The notes: generated by a model not told the origin, from the sequence alone. A DNA stretch of 64,000 bases from Nitrosopumilus sp. (GCA_965203315.1 CBDBCE010000004.1:192001-256000), one strand, 5' to 3'; counted from the first letter of the stretch, positions 10,792-23,206 are shown. A program made the numbers and translations.

Positions 10792-13700
10792 ATATCATAT
10801 ATCCTGATAAACCAACTAGACACTATAGTCCACGATGACATTTACTGGAATTCGGGACAGACTCAGATACTAGAGACTCCTTACATCTATGAAACAATCA
10901 CACCAACAGGCAAGGATGCAACATTTATCGCATTTGAAGGCATGACAGCTCAAGTAAACTATACAGATATCAACTCTAACGGTGTCGATACAGTACTGTC
11001 TGCTCAGCAAGATATCATTACAAACACAGGTACAGTATCTCTCAATAATACAAGCTATGATACAGGTGATGCAGTAACTATAACACTCGTCGATCCCGAT
11101 CTAGACAGAGATACTAGCACAGCTGACGTCTATAATGTATTTCAGGATAGTACAGATCCCGATAGAGATCTAGTAGGCAAGAACGCACAGGGTTCACAAG
11201 AGACTCTACTGTCTGGCAGATCGTTGGGAATGTTACTCGAGGTAACACTAAACAATACGAGATGGCAGTCTGGTACGTGTACTTTATCTAGTGGTACACC
11301 AAACGGACTAGGCGGTACAACCTTTGCATTACAAGAGACTGGACCCAATACAGGCACATTTACAGGTACATTTGATGTACCGGCCCAGTTTTGTGATGGT
11401 GCTGATACCGTATATACAAACGGTACAAATATCGGTGTAACATATCTAGACTTTAGAAATGCTACCGGTAGTATCGTCACAGCTAGTGATACAGCTAGTA
11501 TCGCTGCAGCTGTGACCACTCCAACTCCCCCCGTGACTCCGCCCCCAATCACAATTCCTAATAATCTATTAACAATACCGCCACTAACCAATTCGAGCAG
11601 TTCTGCTGGGATGAATTTTGATTCAGACACAGAACACGATGGTTCGATATACTATGATGGCGACTCTAAAAGATACACAGACGACAGTGGCAACGATGCT
11701 ACCGCTGATCTCTATGTGGCACGAGGTACTGAAACACTACCGCGTGCTCTATTTGAAGGCACTGGTGATTATCAGTGTACTGGAAATTTTGAACGTGTTA
11801 AATTCCTCGGCAAACAACGTGTTCCAAGCTTTGCCATACCGGATAATGTAACTCCTGATAGAAAGGGTAGACTAGCTGCATATGGACTAGACTTTTACAA
11901 CAAGAGCACAACAATATCATGCAGACCAAATCCTGAAGCCGTCTCTGATCAAACACTGATAACCGACACTGCACTGCGAATCACCATATACGGTAAGGCA
12001 GACAAAAAGCCTATCTACTTTTCACCCCGTGACGGAATACTCAAGGCTCAACCAATTCCAATGTGTACAACTGATATGATCGACACAAGCAACAACAATG
12101 CTCTCAAGGGTAACAATACTGTATGTTATGGCGTACACGGTAATGACATGGTCATCGTTACAAAACGACTGACTGGGTTTTATGGCGCAGCAGACAGCGT
12201 TACAACACCTACAGATCCAACAGATCTCAATGCCGCTATACCTGTTGCATCTCTTACCAATCCCGTAACCGGTAAAATACAAACACACGAATACTATACT
12301 GAAAAGATAAACAGTACATCTCTGATAGAATATCCCAACCCTGTCTTTTTGTACAACACGTTACCTCTTTGCGAGGACTCTGTTCGTGGCACATATCATA
12401 CAATACAAATGACAACAAAAGGAGATATTTTGTTCAAGTATGCTCTAAACGGAGTACAGTTTGACGGCAGGCTATTCCTGACTCTGACAGATCATACTCC
12501 CAAAAAGACCATATCACTAGACTCTAACTTTGTCCAACAGCGTGGTAATTGGTACAACTATAACAGTACTCTTCCAAAGAGTATACTGGATCAGTTTGGC
12601 AACTTTACCAGCATAAACGCCAGACTGTTTGTGACCAATGACACCATACCAAACAAAAACATATTCAGCAACAGCTCTACAGGTTCACCTCTATACTACA
12701 AAAGCCAGAAAAAGGCTATCATGGAGTTGCCAGATGCTGCAGATACAGTAACCTTTGTACCTGGTAAAGTACCAGGTGTCCGTGGCAATGTACATGTTCC
12801 ACAAGGTGATACCGTACCACTAACCGCAGAGATACTGTGCCAGTTTGGTCATATACAACCATCTCCATCAGCTCAGGTATTTGATCTAGGTATATCTGCA
12901 GATAACGCAACAAACGGTCTCGAGATCAAGTATGAATTTACATCAAAGACGTTCTATCAAGGTGCAGAGGAACAGAAACCGACAAAGTTCTTTTGGATTG
13001 CAACCGACTCTGACGGCAACTCTGTCAACGGTGATACAACTCGTACCATAACCAATTCATACAACTTTGTCATTCCTCAAAGTACATCTGGTACATATGA
13101 TATAGTGATATACGGCTCTGATGCTGAACGTACACTAATAGGTACACATGCAGGTTCGTACACGTTTGCAGCTGCATCTGCACCAGTGACCAACCCTCCA
13201 TCAACATCTGGTATACTAACGATACCCAAGCCTGACAACCTTGAGATATCTACTGATTATGATCTACAGACCATAACCACTACTAATGGTGATCGGCAGA
13301 CTACGTTCATGGTCCGAGATGAAGCCAATGAAAAGTATGTATTCACTCCTGTGGCATTTGAGAACGAACTTAATGGCAAGGTAGGTGATGTGTACATACC
13401 CGCTCGTACACTTACAGAGTCCAACCCAATATTTTTCAACTCTGTAACCAACTCTTACGCAAATACTGACTGTGATGTAGATGTCTGGTCTATAACGGAA
13501 CTGGCCAAGACCAATAACATTCCATCGTTTACTATACCAGCCAACATAAACACAACTAATCCAAACAGTATAGTCGGACTGGCACTCGACTTTGGTCCTG
13601 TTGGCGGTAGTTGTGCAGTAGACATGGACGCCAAATCTCCAAATCCTATATTCACAGAGAAAGAGATGAGATTCACAATATATGATACAACCAACCAACC

Positions 13701-16509
13701 GTACTATTTCTCACCCCGTGACGATATCACCACAGCTGTCCAGATACCTGCTTGTACCACCGATATGATAAATCTGAACGACCAGTCTCTCAAAGGTGAC
13801 ACAAAGATGTGTTATGGCAAGAACGGTGACGATATCGTAATTATAACAAAGAGGATTGCATTTTATGCAGTCGCAGGTGTACCACGGGACTCAACTCCGA
13901 CCAAGGTTATAGATCCAACTCTACTAACAATACCGCCACTAGGCAGCTTGACACCCACCTTTGGTACTATAGAATTTAAATCAGATCCTGCTAATGACGG
14001 CCAGCTATATCAATCTGCCACAGTTAGATCCTCTGATTCTGATCAAAAATATGATATCTATATGCAACTGGATACTCGTACACTCGTAACCCGTCTATTC
14101 ACTGGTGTTGATGATTATAGTTGTAGTGCAAGAGTCGATAATGTCCCGCGTCTGATCGATAACAACCATGTTCCAAATCTTGCAATACCAAATAACATTA
14201 GTCCCAAAGATCCTGACAGTGTGGTTGCAGCTGGACTGGACTTTTACATCGATGACCAAAAGTCACCATGTCCTTCACCAGATATAGAGGAAAAGAATGA
14301 TCAACCACTAATAACCGACAAGGATATGCGAATCACCATATACAACAATATAGACAAAAAGCCGTACTATTTCTCACCGCGTGACGGAATAACAGAGGCT
14401 CAACCAATTCCAAAATGTACATCTGATATAGTCGATATAAACAACAACCATGCCCTCAAAAGAAACAATGTAATGTGTTACGGCGTAAATGGAACTGGCG
14501 ATACGGCATCTATTGTTATAGTTACAAAACGTCTAACTGGATTTTACGGTGTGGCAACCTCTATCGATGAACCAACAAATCCTATGAAATTTCAGTATGG
14601 TGGAGCAACTGTACCTCTTGTAGATAAAAGTACTCTATTATCAATACCATCAATAGGCAGCTCGACACCAAGTTTTAAGATCATGGAATTTAAATCAGAT
14701 CCTAACAATGACGGTCAAATATATCACGAGCAAGATACTGCTAGATACTCAAATTCTGACAAAAAGTATGATATCTATATGGAACAGAACGCTCGTACAC
14801 TCGTAACCTCTCTATTCACTGGTGTCGATGATTTTAGTTGCAGCGCAAGGGTTTCTCATATTCCAGGTTTGATCACTGACAACCGTGTTCCAAATCTTGC
14901 AGCTCCTGCCAACATACAACCTAGACTTGTTAGCAGTCTAGATGCAGTTGGACTAGACTTTTACAACGCTACTGGTTCATCATCATGTTTACCAAATATA
15001 GAGACTCCTTCTAAACAACCGCTAGTACTCGACAAGGATATGCGAATCACCCTTCCTGACACCGGCAACAATCTCTACTATTTCTCACCACGTGACGGAA
15101 TAACCGAGGCTCAACCAATTCCTGCATGTACATCTGATATAATCGATACAGACAACAACAATGCTCTCAAAGATGGCAATACAATGTGTTACGGCGTAAA
15201 TGCAACCACAGGTCCGCAATCTTTTGTTGTAATCACAAAGTGTCTGACTGGATTTTATGGTACAACTGATACACTCTTTGTACCTACAAGATCTGTAAAT
15301 CCTAACAACATGTGTGGAAGCGGTGACCCTAAAGACAGCGATGATTATCTGGCCACTGCACCAACCTTTGGCGTCTCACAACTCACAGGTGAACAGCTGG
15401 TAACATGTGGCTATAAAATGGACGACACTTGCCGTGATATTACGGGCTATCATGTCCAGTACGAGCGAGACACAATCCAAACTAACACGACACACACATT
15501 TGCAATAAAGACACTGGCACCAAACATGTTGCACAATGTTATACTGGCATTTAGTGTACCAAATGTGGGCGCTCCAGTGAGTACAGCAGAAGCATACATC
15601 TCTGTACATCTTGGAATAAACTATAGCGAACCGTCACACCACTATATCACAGATGTTACTATACATGACCCAAACAACATCATCGACTATGACACACAAA
15701 ACACAACAGTATCTGCTGCATCTTGTTCTGGTACCGAGCTACAATGTACGCAAATAACACTCCCAGATGTGTTGTTCCGTGAGGTGATGAACCATGAACC
15801 ATTTGCAATACAAGTAACTGATACTCTACGATTCACATCCATAAACTACATGAACGAAGGTGTCTTTGTTGAAGGTACATCACTAAACGCACCACCAACT
15901 GCACAGCCAGGACTCACACTATCTAGTGACGATGGTAGACCAGTAACTCTCATTCTAGTCCGTACGGACAAGGTCTCTGATCTATGGGCAGACGCATTCG
16001 GCAACACTTGGAGTCGCAACTCGTTTGGCAACTTTGTCATAGTAGAGTATGCACCATATGCAGGTACCACTCCCGTATGTACAGACATCAACGACAGAAT
16101 ATGTGCACCATTCAAAGCTAAACTCGACTGGCACAATCAAAGGATGATAGAACTACGTGACTCGTTATACGACGCATACAAGACAAAAGCATACGCCGAG
16201 ATCGACAACATCTTCACCTACGAGTTTGGTGATGTAGACTCTCGCACTAGAACACTGATCAATCTGGGCTGGCTAACCGAGTAGGTGCAGTAACCAGACC
16301 TAGTCTTACGACTAACGTGTCTGTCATTATGTCGACTTAATTCTATTGACCGAGATTGACAGTTTTGTACAATCTCAAATCAAAAAGATGAGCATGGTTG
16401 TATATCGACTATTGTGAATTGTCGTTACTATGCCAAATCACATAATATGCATTAATCGTGATCTCGTCATCTAATTCTCGACATGTAAAGTTAGTAGAAC
16501 AAAAAAAAA

Positions 16510-16623
16510 ATCTTTTCGGTCTACATGGGATAGAATGGTTACAAAAAATCACTACAAGATTCTATAAAGAAAAATTAGAAAAAAGCCTTATGAAATACCA
16601 TCCCACGTAAACCGAAGAGATCC
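16510..16623. repeat. IS6-derived MITE (GGATCTTTTCG family)
   Basis: ATCTTTTCGGTCTACATGGGAT ... ATCCCACGTAAACCGAAGAGATCC imperfect TIRs matching the ends of the IS6 at 56423-59424. Confidence 0.8.
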
Positions 16624-16662
16624 CAAAAAACACCTAAATAGATTTGATATATTCGATGATAT

Positions 16663-16872
16663 ATGCCAGAATATGTATGTCCAGAGTGTCACAAGCGTAT
16701 ATTCCATGAGAATGAGACAACGCTAAAGGTACTGGTGACAATTCACTCAAAGTTTTGTAGAAAGACTCTTGGTGAGACACATAGCTTTATGCACAGAGAC
16801 TTGGCACACATGGATACATTTGACTCAGAGCGAGCAAACGACTCTGCTGGTACACCGATCCTCAAAAAGTGA
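16663..16872 (+). CDS. Small zinc-binding protein (C2HC-like)
   Basis: YVCPECH...IHSKFC. Confidence 0.65.
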   Translation: MPEYVCPECHKRIFHENETTLKVLVTIHSKFCRKTLGETHSFMHRDLAHMDTFDSERANDSAGTPILKK

Positions 16873-16911
16873 TTACAAAGCTCAAAATATCACTTATGGA
16901 TAGTGTTGTAA

Positions 16912-18120
16912 TTGGTTAAAGAGTACGAGTATGATCTAGTGGTGGTCGGTGCCGGTCCTGCAGGATCGTCTGCAGCCAAGAGCGCTGCCGATGCTGGACT
17001 ACGAGTTGCATTACTAGAACGAGAAGCAACTATTGCCGAGACGGTACGAACCAGTGGTGTAACATGGATGGATAGTATTGATGAGTTTGGGATACCTGAC
17101 AACTGTTACAATCCGATCAAAGACTTTTCATTTTGTACTCCAAACACATCAGTTGCTATATCTAGTAAACAATTCAAAGCAGCCGTGCTAGATGTACGAA
17201 GAACATATCGCTGGTTATCTGAACAAGCTGTTGTTGCGGGATCTGATCTATATACATCACATACTGTAACCGATGTAATACGTAATGATAGATCAGATAT
17301 CGCTGGAGTCGGTGCAATAACATCTGGTAATCGTGTAAACTTTAAAGCCAAAGTTGTCATCGATGCAAGTGGGTTTACGTCTATACTCTGCAAGCTCTTG
17401 AATATCGCTCCACCGTGGAAACGATTTGGTGTAGGTGCTGAGATCGAGGCTAGAGTCGAAGATGTAGATGCAGATCGATGGTGGCTGATGGTAGGTGATA
17501 TCTATTCTCCTGCCGGATATGCATGGATATTTCCATTAAATAACAAGATGGTCCGAATTGGAGTCGGAGTTGGGAGACCAGAGTCTGTCGCCGATCCCAA
17601 AATACTACTTGACAATCTTATCAAGACGAGACCTGGTCCTATATCTGATCTAGGTGAGATAGAACCGATCGAGTTTCACTATGGAATGATTCCAAACGAT
17701 GGAACAACTCGCAAGACGGTATTTAACAATTTGATACTAGTTGGTGATGCTGCGGGACAATCCAATCCACTAGTACTAGAAGGAATAAGATATGCTATAA
17801 GATTTGGTAAACTTGCTGGCAAGACTGCCGCTACATGTATTCATGCATCTAGTACTATGCAACGAGATCTACAAATATACGAAGACGAGTGGCGCCGCCA
17901 AATAGATGCAAAGATCAGATCTGCCAAACGAGTTCAGGATCGATGGCTAAAACTTGATAATGAACAATGGGATCGTGAATTGGAGATAATCAGTCATCTG
18001 AATATAGATGAGTTTCTAGACTTTATACGTGCTGACTTTGGATTGACGAGTATCGCAAAGATGGCAACACGCCATCCCAAGATGATCGTCAGACAGCTGT
18101 TTAGTCTTATACGAAACTAG
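16912..18120 (+). CDS. Geranylgeranyl reductase-family FAD oxidoreductase
   Basis: YDLVVVGAGPAG, IDASG, GYAWIFP, LVGDAAG..NPL..EGI. Confidence 0.9.
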   Translation: MVKEYEYDLVVVGAGPAGSSAAKSAADAGLRVALLEREATIAETVRTSGVTWMDSIDEFGIPDNCYNPIKDFSFCTPNTSVAISSKQFKAAVLDVRRTYRWLSEQAVVAGSDLYTSHTVTDVIRNDRSDIAGVGAITSGNRVNFKAKVVIDASGFTSILCKLLNIAPPWKRFGVGAEIEARVEDVDADRWWLMVGDIYSPAGYAWIFPLNNKMVRIGVGVGRPESVADPKILLDNLIKTRPGPISDLGEIEPIEFHYGMIPNDGTTRKTVFNNLILVGDAAGQSNPLVLEGIRYAIRFGKLAGKTAATCIHASSTMQRDLQIYEDEWRRQIDAKIRSAKRVQDRWLKLDNEQWDRELEIISHLNIDEFLDFIRADFGLTSIAKMATRHPKMIVRQLFSLIRN

Positions 18121-18225
18121 ATTATCTCAACACATGTGATATATTGAAGCGACGTCATCGCATTCACTATGAATACTTTTATCTTGTATTCGATCTCGTG
18201 TACAATGATCTCAAAATTATAATAG

Positions 18226-18870
18226 ATGGCTGATCTGATGCTGTTGATGGATGAGGTTAAAGCCACTTTTGATGCATGGGCAAAAGATAATCGAGATATA
18301 AAGATGGAAAAGGAACATGGCAAGAGTGTATCAAAGTTTTTGAGAACGATCAGATTTGATAGCCCCTTCACATTCTTGGACGTTGGTTGCGGAAACGGTT
18401 GGCTAGTACGAAAGATTGCACTGGAACCATACTGTAAGAGATCTGTGGGAATCGACAAGAGTGATGTGATGATACATAGAGCAAACTCTGTTCCTGCATC
18501 CAAGACTAAATTTGTCTGCACTGATATTCTGTCGTGGACGAGTAAGACTAAATTTGACTATATCTTTTCAATGGAGTCGTTGTATTATGTTGATATGATT
18601 GATGTATCTCTGGCAAAGATATTTCAAATGTTAAAACCTGGAGGACGTTTCTTTTGTGGTACGGATTTTTACGCAGAGAACAAGGCTACACAAAGATGGT
18701 CAAACATGATAAAGATCAAGATGCATCTATACTCAAAGTTAGAATGGAAACAATTATTCTCCAAAGCTGGATTTGATACTAAAACTAGGCACATTAAAGA
18801 TCCTCAACACTCAAAAAAGTGGCGGCGTGAATTTGGTACACTCTTTATTACTGGTTACAAACCAGAGTGA
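18226..18870 (+). CDS. Class I SAM-dependent methyltransferase
   Basis: FLDVGCGNGW, FDYIFSMESLYY, LKPGG. Confidence 0.9.
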   Translation: MADLMLLMDEVKATFDAWAKDNRDIKMEKEHGKSVSKFLRTIRFDSPFTFLDVGCGNGWLVRKIALEPYCKRSVGIDKSDVMIHRANSVPASKTKFVCTDILSWTSKTKFDYIFSMESLYYVDMIDVSLAKIFQMLKPGGRFFCGTDFYAENKATQRWSNMIKIKMHLYSKLEWKQLFSKAGFDTKTRHIKDPQHSKKWRREFGTLFITGYKPE

Positions 18871-19059
18871 TTCTGTTGCTCCTAAATACTTGAGATTAGA
18901 ATACGATCTATAGATTTATGCAGAGATGTACATACTATGAATTCGTCTTCGTACGAGTACATACATTTGATCGATTATACTTTAGCATGATATGCATATC
19001 TGTTGAAACATTCAACATTCGCGCTAGTACGTATTTATTTGTAAACTATGTCTGTTGTG

Positions 19060-19344
19060 GTGTGAGCTGGAGCACGAAACGCTGCTACGGCAGAGGAAAC
19101 TCCTCCCTCCATACAGACGATGTGATTTGGAGATAAATAATCAGAGATGGTTGGCTACGGAGCAGAGAGTGATTCGTTATGGCGTACGATGATGACAAAA
19201 TCTGAGGTTTCCAGAAACGAAATGAGAGATGCCGTCCCACATGGAGTAAGGCCAAACAGAACCACACTAGTGTCTGTACTAGGTTCAGGTAGGCTGCATA
19301 GCGAAATATCGTGAAAACAAAAGGAGGGTTACTCCCAGCACACA
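19060..19344 (+). ncRNA. rnpB: RNase P RNA
   Basis: P4 elements GAGGAAACTCCTCCCT and AACAAAAGGAGGGTTA; P1 pairing GTGAGCTGG/CCCAGCAC; GAAAC and GGAGTAAGGCC motifs; GC-richer than flanks; ends approximate. Confidence 0.9.
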
Positions 19345-19345
19345 T

Positions 19346-20722
19346 TTAATTCATTGACTGAGTGTATTCTTTACAGGTTTGTCCGCTACAACCACAAGTT
19401 GCGTCACACAAACAAGATCCTTGCATCTCGCAGTCACATTCAGAACCCATCTCAGCTGACGCTGCACAACCACATGCTGCATCTATTGATGGTGCAGGTT
19501 TAGCCTGGGTGATCTCGGGTGCCGTGCTGGCTTCGTAGACGTTTCGTGTCTGCGCATGATCTGAAAAGTCTCGCAACTGTGCTTCGCCTCGATTTGTCTG
19601 ATATCCTCCTGCAGACGCACTAGTCTGATATCCTACTAGGTGTGATGGATCTATGCCTTGTTGTCCCTGTTTTTCATTCTTTAGTGCACGATTGCTTACA
19701 AAGAAGAATGCAATTCCTGCAACTGCGGCCATGCCTGCCATGCCATATATGATAACGATTGGAAAGTCACCAGTACTGGTGTCTGCATAGCCTGTTGGTA
19801 CTTTATCAGTAGTACCTATGATCTCTATTCCGTCTAGCCTATCTGCTGAACCAAAACCTATGACTCTCAATGTGGCGTCATCTGGTGCTCTAACACTACG
19901 TATGGTATATTCTGCATCTGCTTGAATTGTAGAGTCATGGAATCTTGGAACTTGTATTCCTTCACGGAAACTGCTTTCGCCCATGGTCCAGCTAGCTACT
20001 ACAAAACCTGCGATCGATTCGTCTAGACCAAACTGACCTGCATCTACATTTATTCCTGTAGGATCAAACAAAAAGTGCCAGTTGCTTAAAGGCTGATTTA
20101 AAACACCATCGGCATTTATTATGGGCAATGCTAGTATTTCTGTCTCTGCTGATGTACCTCTGATGATATCATACACTATTGGTTCTTGTATGCGAATTAC
20201 GTTTATTGGCGTGTTGATCTCTACATCATTGATCGTTACGGGATCATTGACAGTTAGGCCCCGCCACCCAATATCGATTATGGTCTTTGGGCCATCATCA
20301 GAGTCGATTGTTGTGATGACATAGTCTGAGATTATGCCCTCTATGGTTATCTCGTAATCTATCGATGCTCCCAACTCTCGTCCTTGTAGATGAAAGTTGT
20401 AAGATACATCTAGGTCTGTTACTCTAGCATGTGAACCATCACTTGCAATCTTTCTGTTGAGCTGTTGTACTAGATCTTGAACTCCTGTATTGGTAATATC
20501 TGCTGTATCTTGGACACGCCACTCTTTACCACTTAATTCGTCATACATTATGCCCCCATTTGGATAATCGATAAAGATGGTCTTTTGATAACCTACCTCA
20601 AAGTGCGAGTCACTTACCTTGGGATTGATCACAGACTCAAAACCGGCAGCCCACGCGTCTGTAGACATTCCGATTGATATCATACTTGTAACTAGTGCCG
20701 TGAAAATTATGAGTTTATACAT
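19346..20722 (-). CDS. Single-pass membrane protein with signal peptide and Cys-rich cytoplasmic tail
   Basis: N-terminal signal, TM FPIVIIYGMAGMAAVAGIAFFFV, tail ACGC...CDC...CLCDATCGC...C. Confidence 0.8.
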   Translation of the reverse strand: MYKLIIFTALVTSMISIGMSTDAWAAGFESVINPKVSDSHFEVGYQKTIFIDYPNGGIMYDELSGKEWRVQDTADITNTGVQDLVQQLNRKIASDGSHARVTDLDVSYNFHLQGRELGASIDYEITIEGIISDYVITTIDSDDGPKTIIDIGWRGLTVNDPVTINDVEINTPINVIRIQEPIVYDIIRGTSAETEILALPIINADGVLNQPLSNWHFLFDPTGINVDAGQFGLDESIAGFVVASWTMGESSFREGIQVPRFHDSTIQADAEYTIRSVRAPDDATLRVIGFGSADRLDGIEIIGTTDKVPTGYADTSTGDFPIVIIYGMAGMAAVAGIAFFFVSNRALKNEKQGQQGIDPSHLVGYQTSASAGGYQTNRGEAQLRDFSDHAQTRNVYEASTAPEITQAKPAPSIDAACGCAASAEMGSECDCEMQGSCLCDATCGCSGQTCKEYTQSMN

Positions 20723-21122
20723 TAATGTGTTATCTGTTCATTTATAGTAATAAACTTATCATTTTTGTAGTTTTTTGTCTGATATCGGAGTGATCACAGA
20801 ATCATGATACGTCAAACCCATTCATGTAGGCACAAATCTAAACCAAGATTATCTAGACATAACGTGATGTGCGGGTATCGTACTAGTTAGAGTATGTCAT
20901 ATTTTACATTCTCTGCCATCTGACATGTTAGACTGATGACATAGATATAAAGACGATCTTCACCACTCATGTCTGATGATATTGTACAGTTCAATATGAT
21001 GCAATTTGCTGTGTTGCGAACAATATGATGTCCAAATGTGTCCAAATTACGTCATTTTGGATAATTTGAAAAAGTAATAAAGAGTAGTATCTGAGGTTTG
21101 ATAGTTTTCAGGTGAGATTGAG

Positions 21123-22043
21123 GTGATTACGATATTGGCAGGAGGAACAGGCTCGGTAAAGTTGGTTAGGGGACTTGCCTCACTCAAATCCAAAGTTAAT
21201 GTAGTAAGTAATGTCGGTGACAACTATTGGCTGTATGGACTGTATGTTTGTCCAGACATTGATACAATTGTATATGGACTCGCTGATCTGTTGGACGTTG
21301 ATCGTGGTTGGGGGATCAAGAAAGACACATTCAACTTTTTACGACAGATGGAGGTCTTTGGTGAAGAGACATGGTTTCGTATAGGTGATCGTGATTCTGC
21401 AACACATCTGATCCGAACAAACATGTTAAAGAACGGATACAATCTTACCGATATCACAAAGTGGATGTGTGAAAAGTTTGCAGTCAGTACAAACATAATC
21501 CCGATCACCGACAATAGTGTTGAGACAAGAATAACTACAGAAAAGGGAGAGATGCATCTTCAAGAGTATTGGGTAAAACATAGAGGCAAAGATAAGGTTG
21601 AAGGGATACAGTATATAGGAGCTGAGAAGGCAAGACCAAACCCAGAGGTAATAAACGCAATCCATGATGCTCAGATTGTTGTTTTAGCTCCAGGTAACCC
21701 ACTAACGTCAATTGGACCGATGTTGCAGATAAAAGGAATCAGAAAAGAACTCTCAAAGATAAAACAAAAAGTGGTTGCAGTCAGTCCATTGATTGGCAAT
21801 GACTCAATAAGCGGACCAGCAGCAAAGTATATGCAAGCAGCTGGAATCGAGTCCAATGTCTATGGACTCGCAAAGATGTATTCAGATGTATGCTCAAATA
21901 TTATAATCGATACAAAAGACAAGGCTCTTGGAAAGAAGATTCAAGAGCTAGACATGAAGGTGTATGAGACGAAGATACTCATGAAGAACAAAAAAGCCGA
22001 AGATGCTCTCGCAAACTTTATCGTAAAACAAGTACGCCTATAA
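21123..22043 (+). CDS. cofD: 2-phospho-L-lactate transferase (F420 biosynthesis)
   Basis: LAGGTGSVKL, CPDIDT, WFRIGDRD, HLQEYWV, PGNPLTSIGPML, AVSPLIG. Confidence 0.95.
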   Translation: MITILAGGTGSVKLVRGLASLKSKVNVVSNVGDNYWLYGLYVCPDIDTIVYGLADLLDVDRGWGIKKDTFNFLRQMEVFGEETWFRIGDRDSATHLIRTNMLKNGYNLTDITKWMCEKFAVSTNIIPITDNSVETRITTEKGEMHLQEYWVKHRGKDKVEGIQYIGAEKARPNPEVINAIHDAQIVVLAPGNPLTSIGPMLQIKGIRKELSKIKQKVVAVSPLIGNDSISGPAAKYMQAAGIESNVYGLAKMYSDVCSNIIIDTKDKALGKKIQELDMKVYETKILMKNKKAEDALANFIVKQVRL

Positions 22044-22044
22044 C

Positions 22045-22683
22045 TTGAAACTAGCAGCAATCATTCCAGTAAAGACCTTTGCAAAAGCAAAGACTAGACT
22101 AGATGTATCACAGCATCAGCGAGAACTCTTGTGCAAATTGATGCTAGAAGAAGTTATTCTAACTACAAGCATATCGTCTCATGTAGATGAGATCGTCATC
22201 GTTACTAGAGAGCGCCAAGTTCAAGAGATCGCAGATAAGTATGGAGCTACTGTAATCTCAGATACAGAGTCTGGTGTAAACAATGCAGTAATGCTTGCTG
22301 ATCAATACCTATTGAATGCTGGTTTTGATGCGTCATTGGTACTCCCTCAGGACATTCCATACATCAAAACACAGGACATTGATTTTATGTTAAACTACAA
22401 GATGCATCCCAACTTTGCAGTCATAGTTCCTTCTAGACACTTTGATGGTACAAACGCACTGATACGCATGCCAATAGATCTGATGAATACCTCATATGAT
22501 CAAAACAGTTACAAGAATCACATGAGTATTGCAAAACAACATACACGTAATGTGGCAATGATCTTTGTTAGACGTATCATGTTGGATGTTGACACTCGTC
22601 AGGATCTCAACTTTCTGCTTACTCAACCAGAGAAGCGACATATTGTCCACAAGATACGCGCTATCTTGAACGATCATTCATAA
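22045..22683 (+). CDS. cofC: 2-phospho-L-lactate guanylyltransferase
   Basis: IIPVKTFAKAKTRL, DIP, DGTNAL, LDVDT; directly follows cofD. Confidence 0.9.
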   Translation: MKLAAIIPVKTFAKAKTRLDVSQHQRELLCKLMLEEVILTTSISSHVDEIVIVTRERQVQEIADKYGATVISDTESGVNNAVMLADQYLLNAGFDASLVLPQDIPYIKTQDIDFMLNYKMHPNFAVIVPSRHFDGTNALIRMPIDLMNTSYDQNSYKNHMSIAKQHTRNVAMIFVRRIMLDVDTRQDLNFLLTQPEKRHIVHKIRAILNDHS

Positions 22684-22753
22684 CAAAATTTGATTAATTG
22701 CTCTAAATAAAAAAAGTTACACATTGATGTTCGTTTGTGTATAGTGATAATAG

Positions 22754-23206
22754 TTGAAGATACCAAAGCGTGAGATCATCAAAGAGCTAGATCGTATAAA
22801 GAACATATCTGTCAAACTAGAGCAACAGCTGACCAAACTCGGATCAGATGATATAAAGGTCGAGCAGTTGACTCTTGAAGAGATCCAAGATCTGTCAAAG
22901 CTAGTGGGCATTGCCAACTTTATGGTTACAAAGTATGCTGACAAGAGAGACGTATATCATATAGTCAAGGACTTTGCTGATATCATAACACAAGCCGCTC
23001 AGTCATTAGAACAGATCGATGATGAGATAACGGAGATGATTATGTCAGCTGAGGACTCGATCGGTAGAGTCAAGGCCATGTATGTCAACATATCTGCCAA
23101 CTCTGATCTCAAAGAACAGTATGCAGACGGACCAGAGTATAACCGATCTCAAACAAGTGCAAATAATTTAACTAATCTTACAACAGAGATTAACACATCA
23201 GAATAG
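22754..23206 (+). CDS. Helical/coiled-coil hypothetical protein upstream of cdvC
   Basis: 150-aa charged helical ORF, co-oriented with the AAA ATPase. Confidence 0.7.
   Translation: MKIPKREIIKELDRIKNISVKLEQQLTKLGSDDIKVEQLTLEEIQDLSKLVGIANFMVTKYADKRDVYHIVKDFADIITQAAQSLEQIDDEITEMIMSAEDSIGRVKAMYVNISANSDLKEQYADGPEYNRSQTSANNLTNLTTEINTSE

Larger units (their letters stand above)
4330..16284 (+). pseudogene. Giant (~3267 aa) secreted repetitive surface protein with an S-layer-like central region, interrupted by IS1595 and ISH3
   Basis: Removing IS 8586-9492 (+7-bp TSD) and IS 9560-10791 (+5-bp TSD) joins ORFs 4330.. and 10942.. in frame (...ERIANQ|IIRIAAEETGVNTGTFTGTIS|YILINQLD...FEGMTAQ; 9804 nt); signal peptide; nine ~200-aa modules ending C(Y/H)G/I...IxxKR. 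Confidence 0.9.

Noticed and set aside
5070-13880. Diversity-generating retroelement (TR/VR) interpretation of near-identical modules
   Set aside because: Both copies are long coding modules, differences include indels and non-adenine changes, and no reverse transcriptase is in the window
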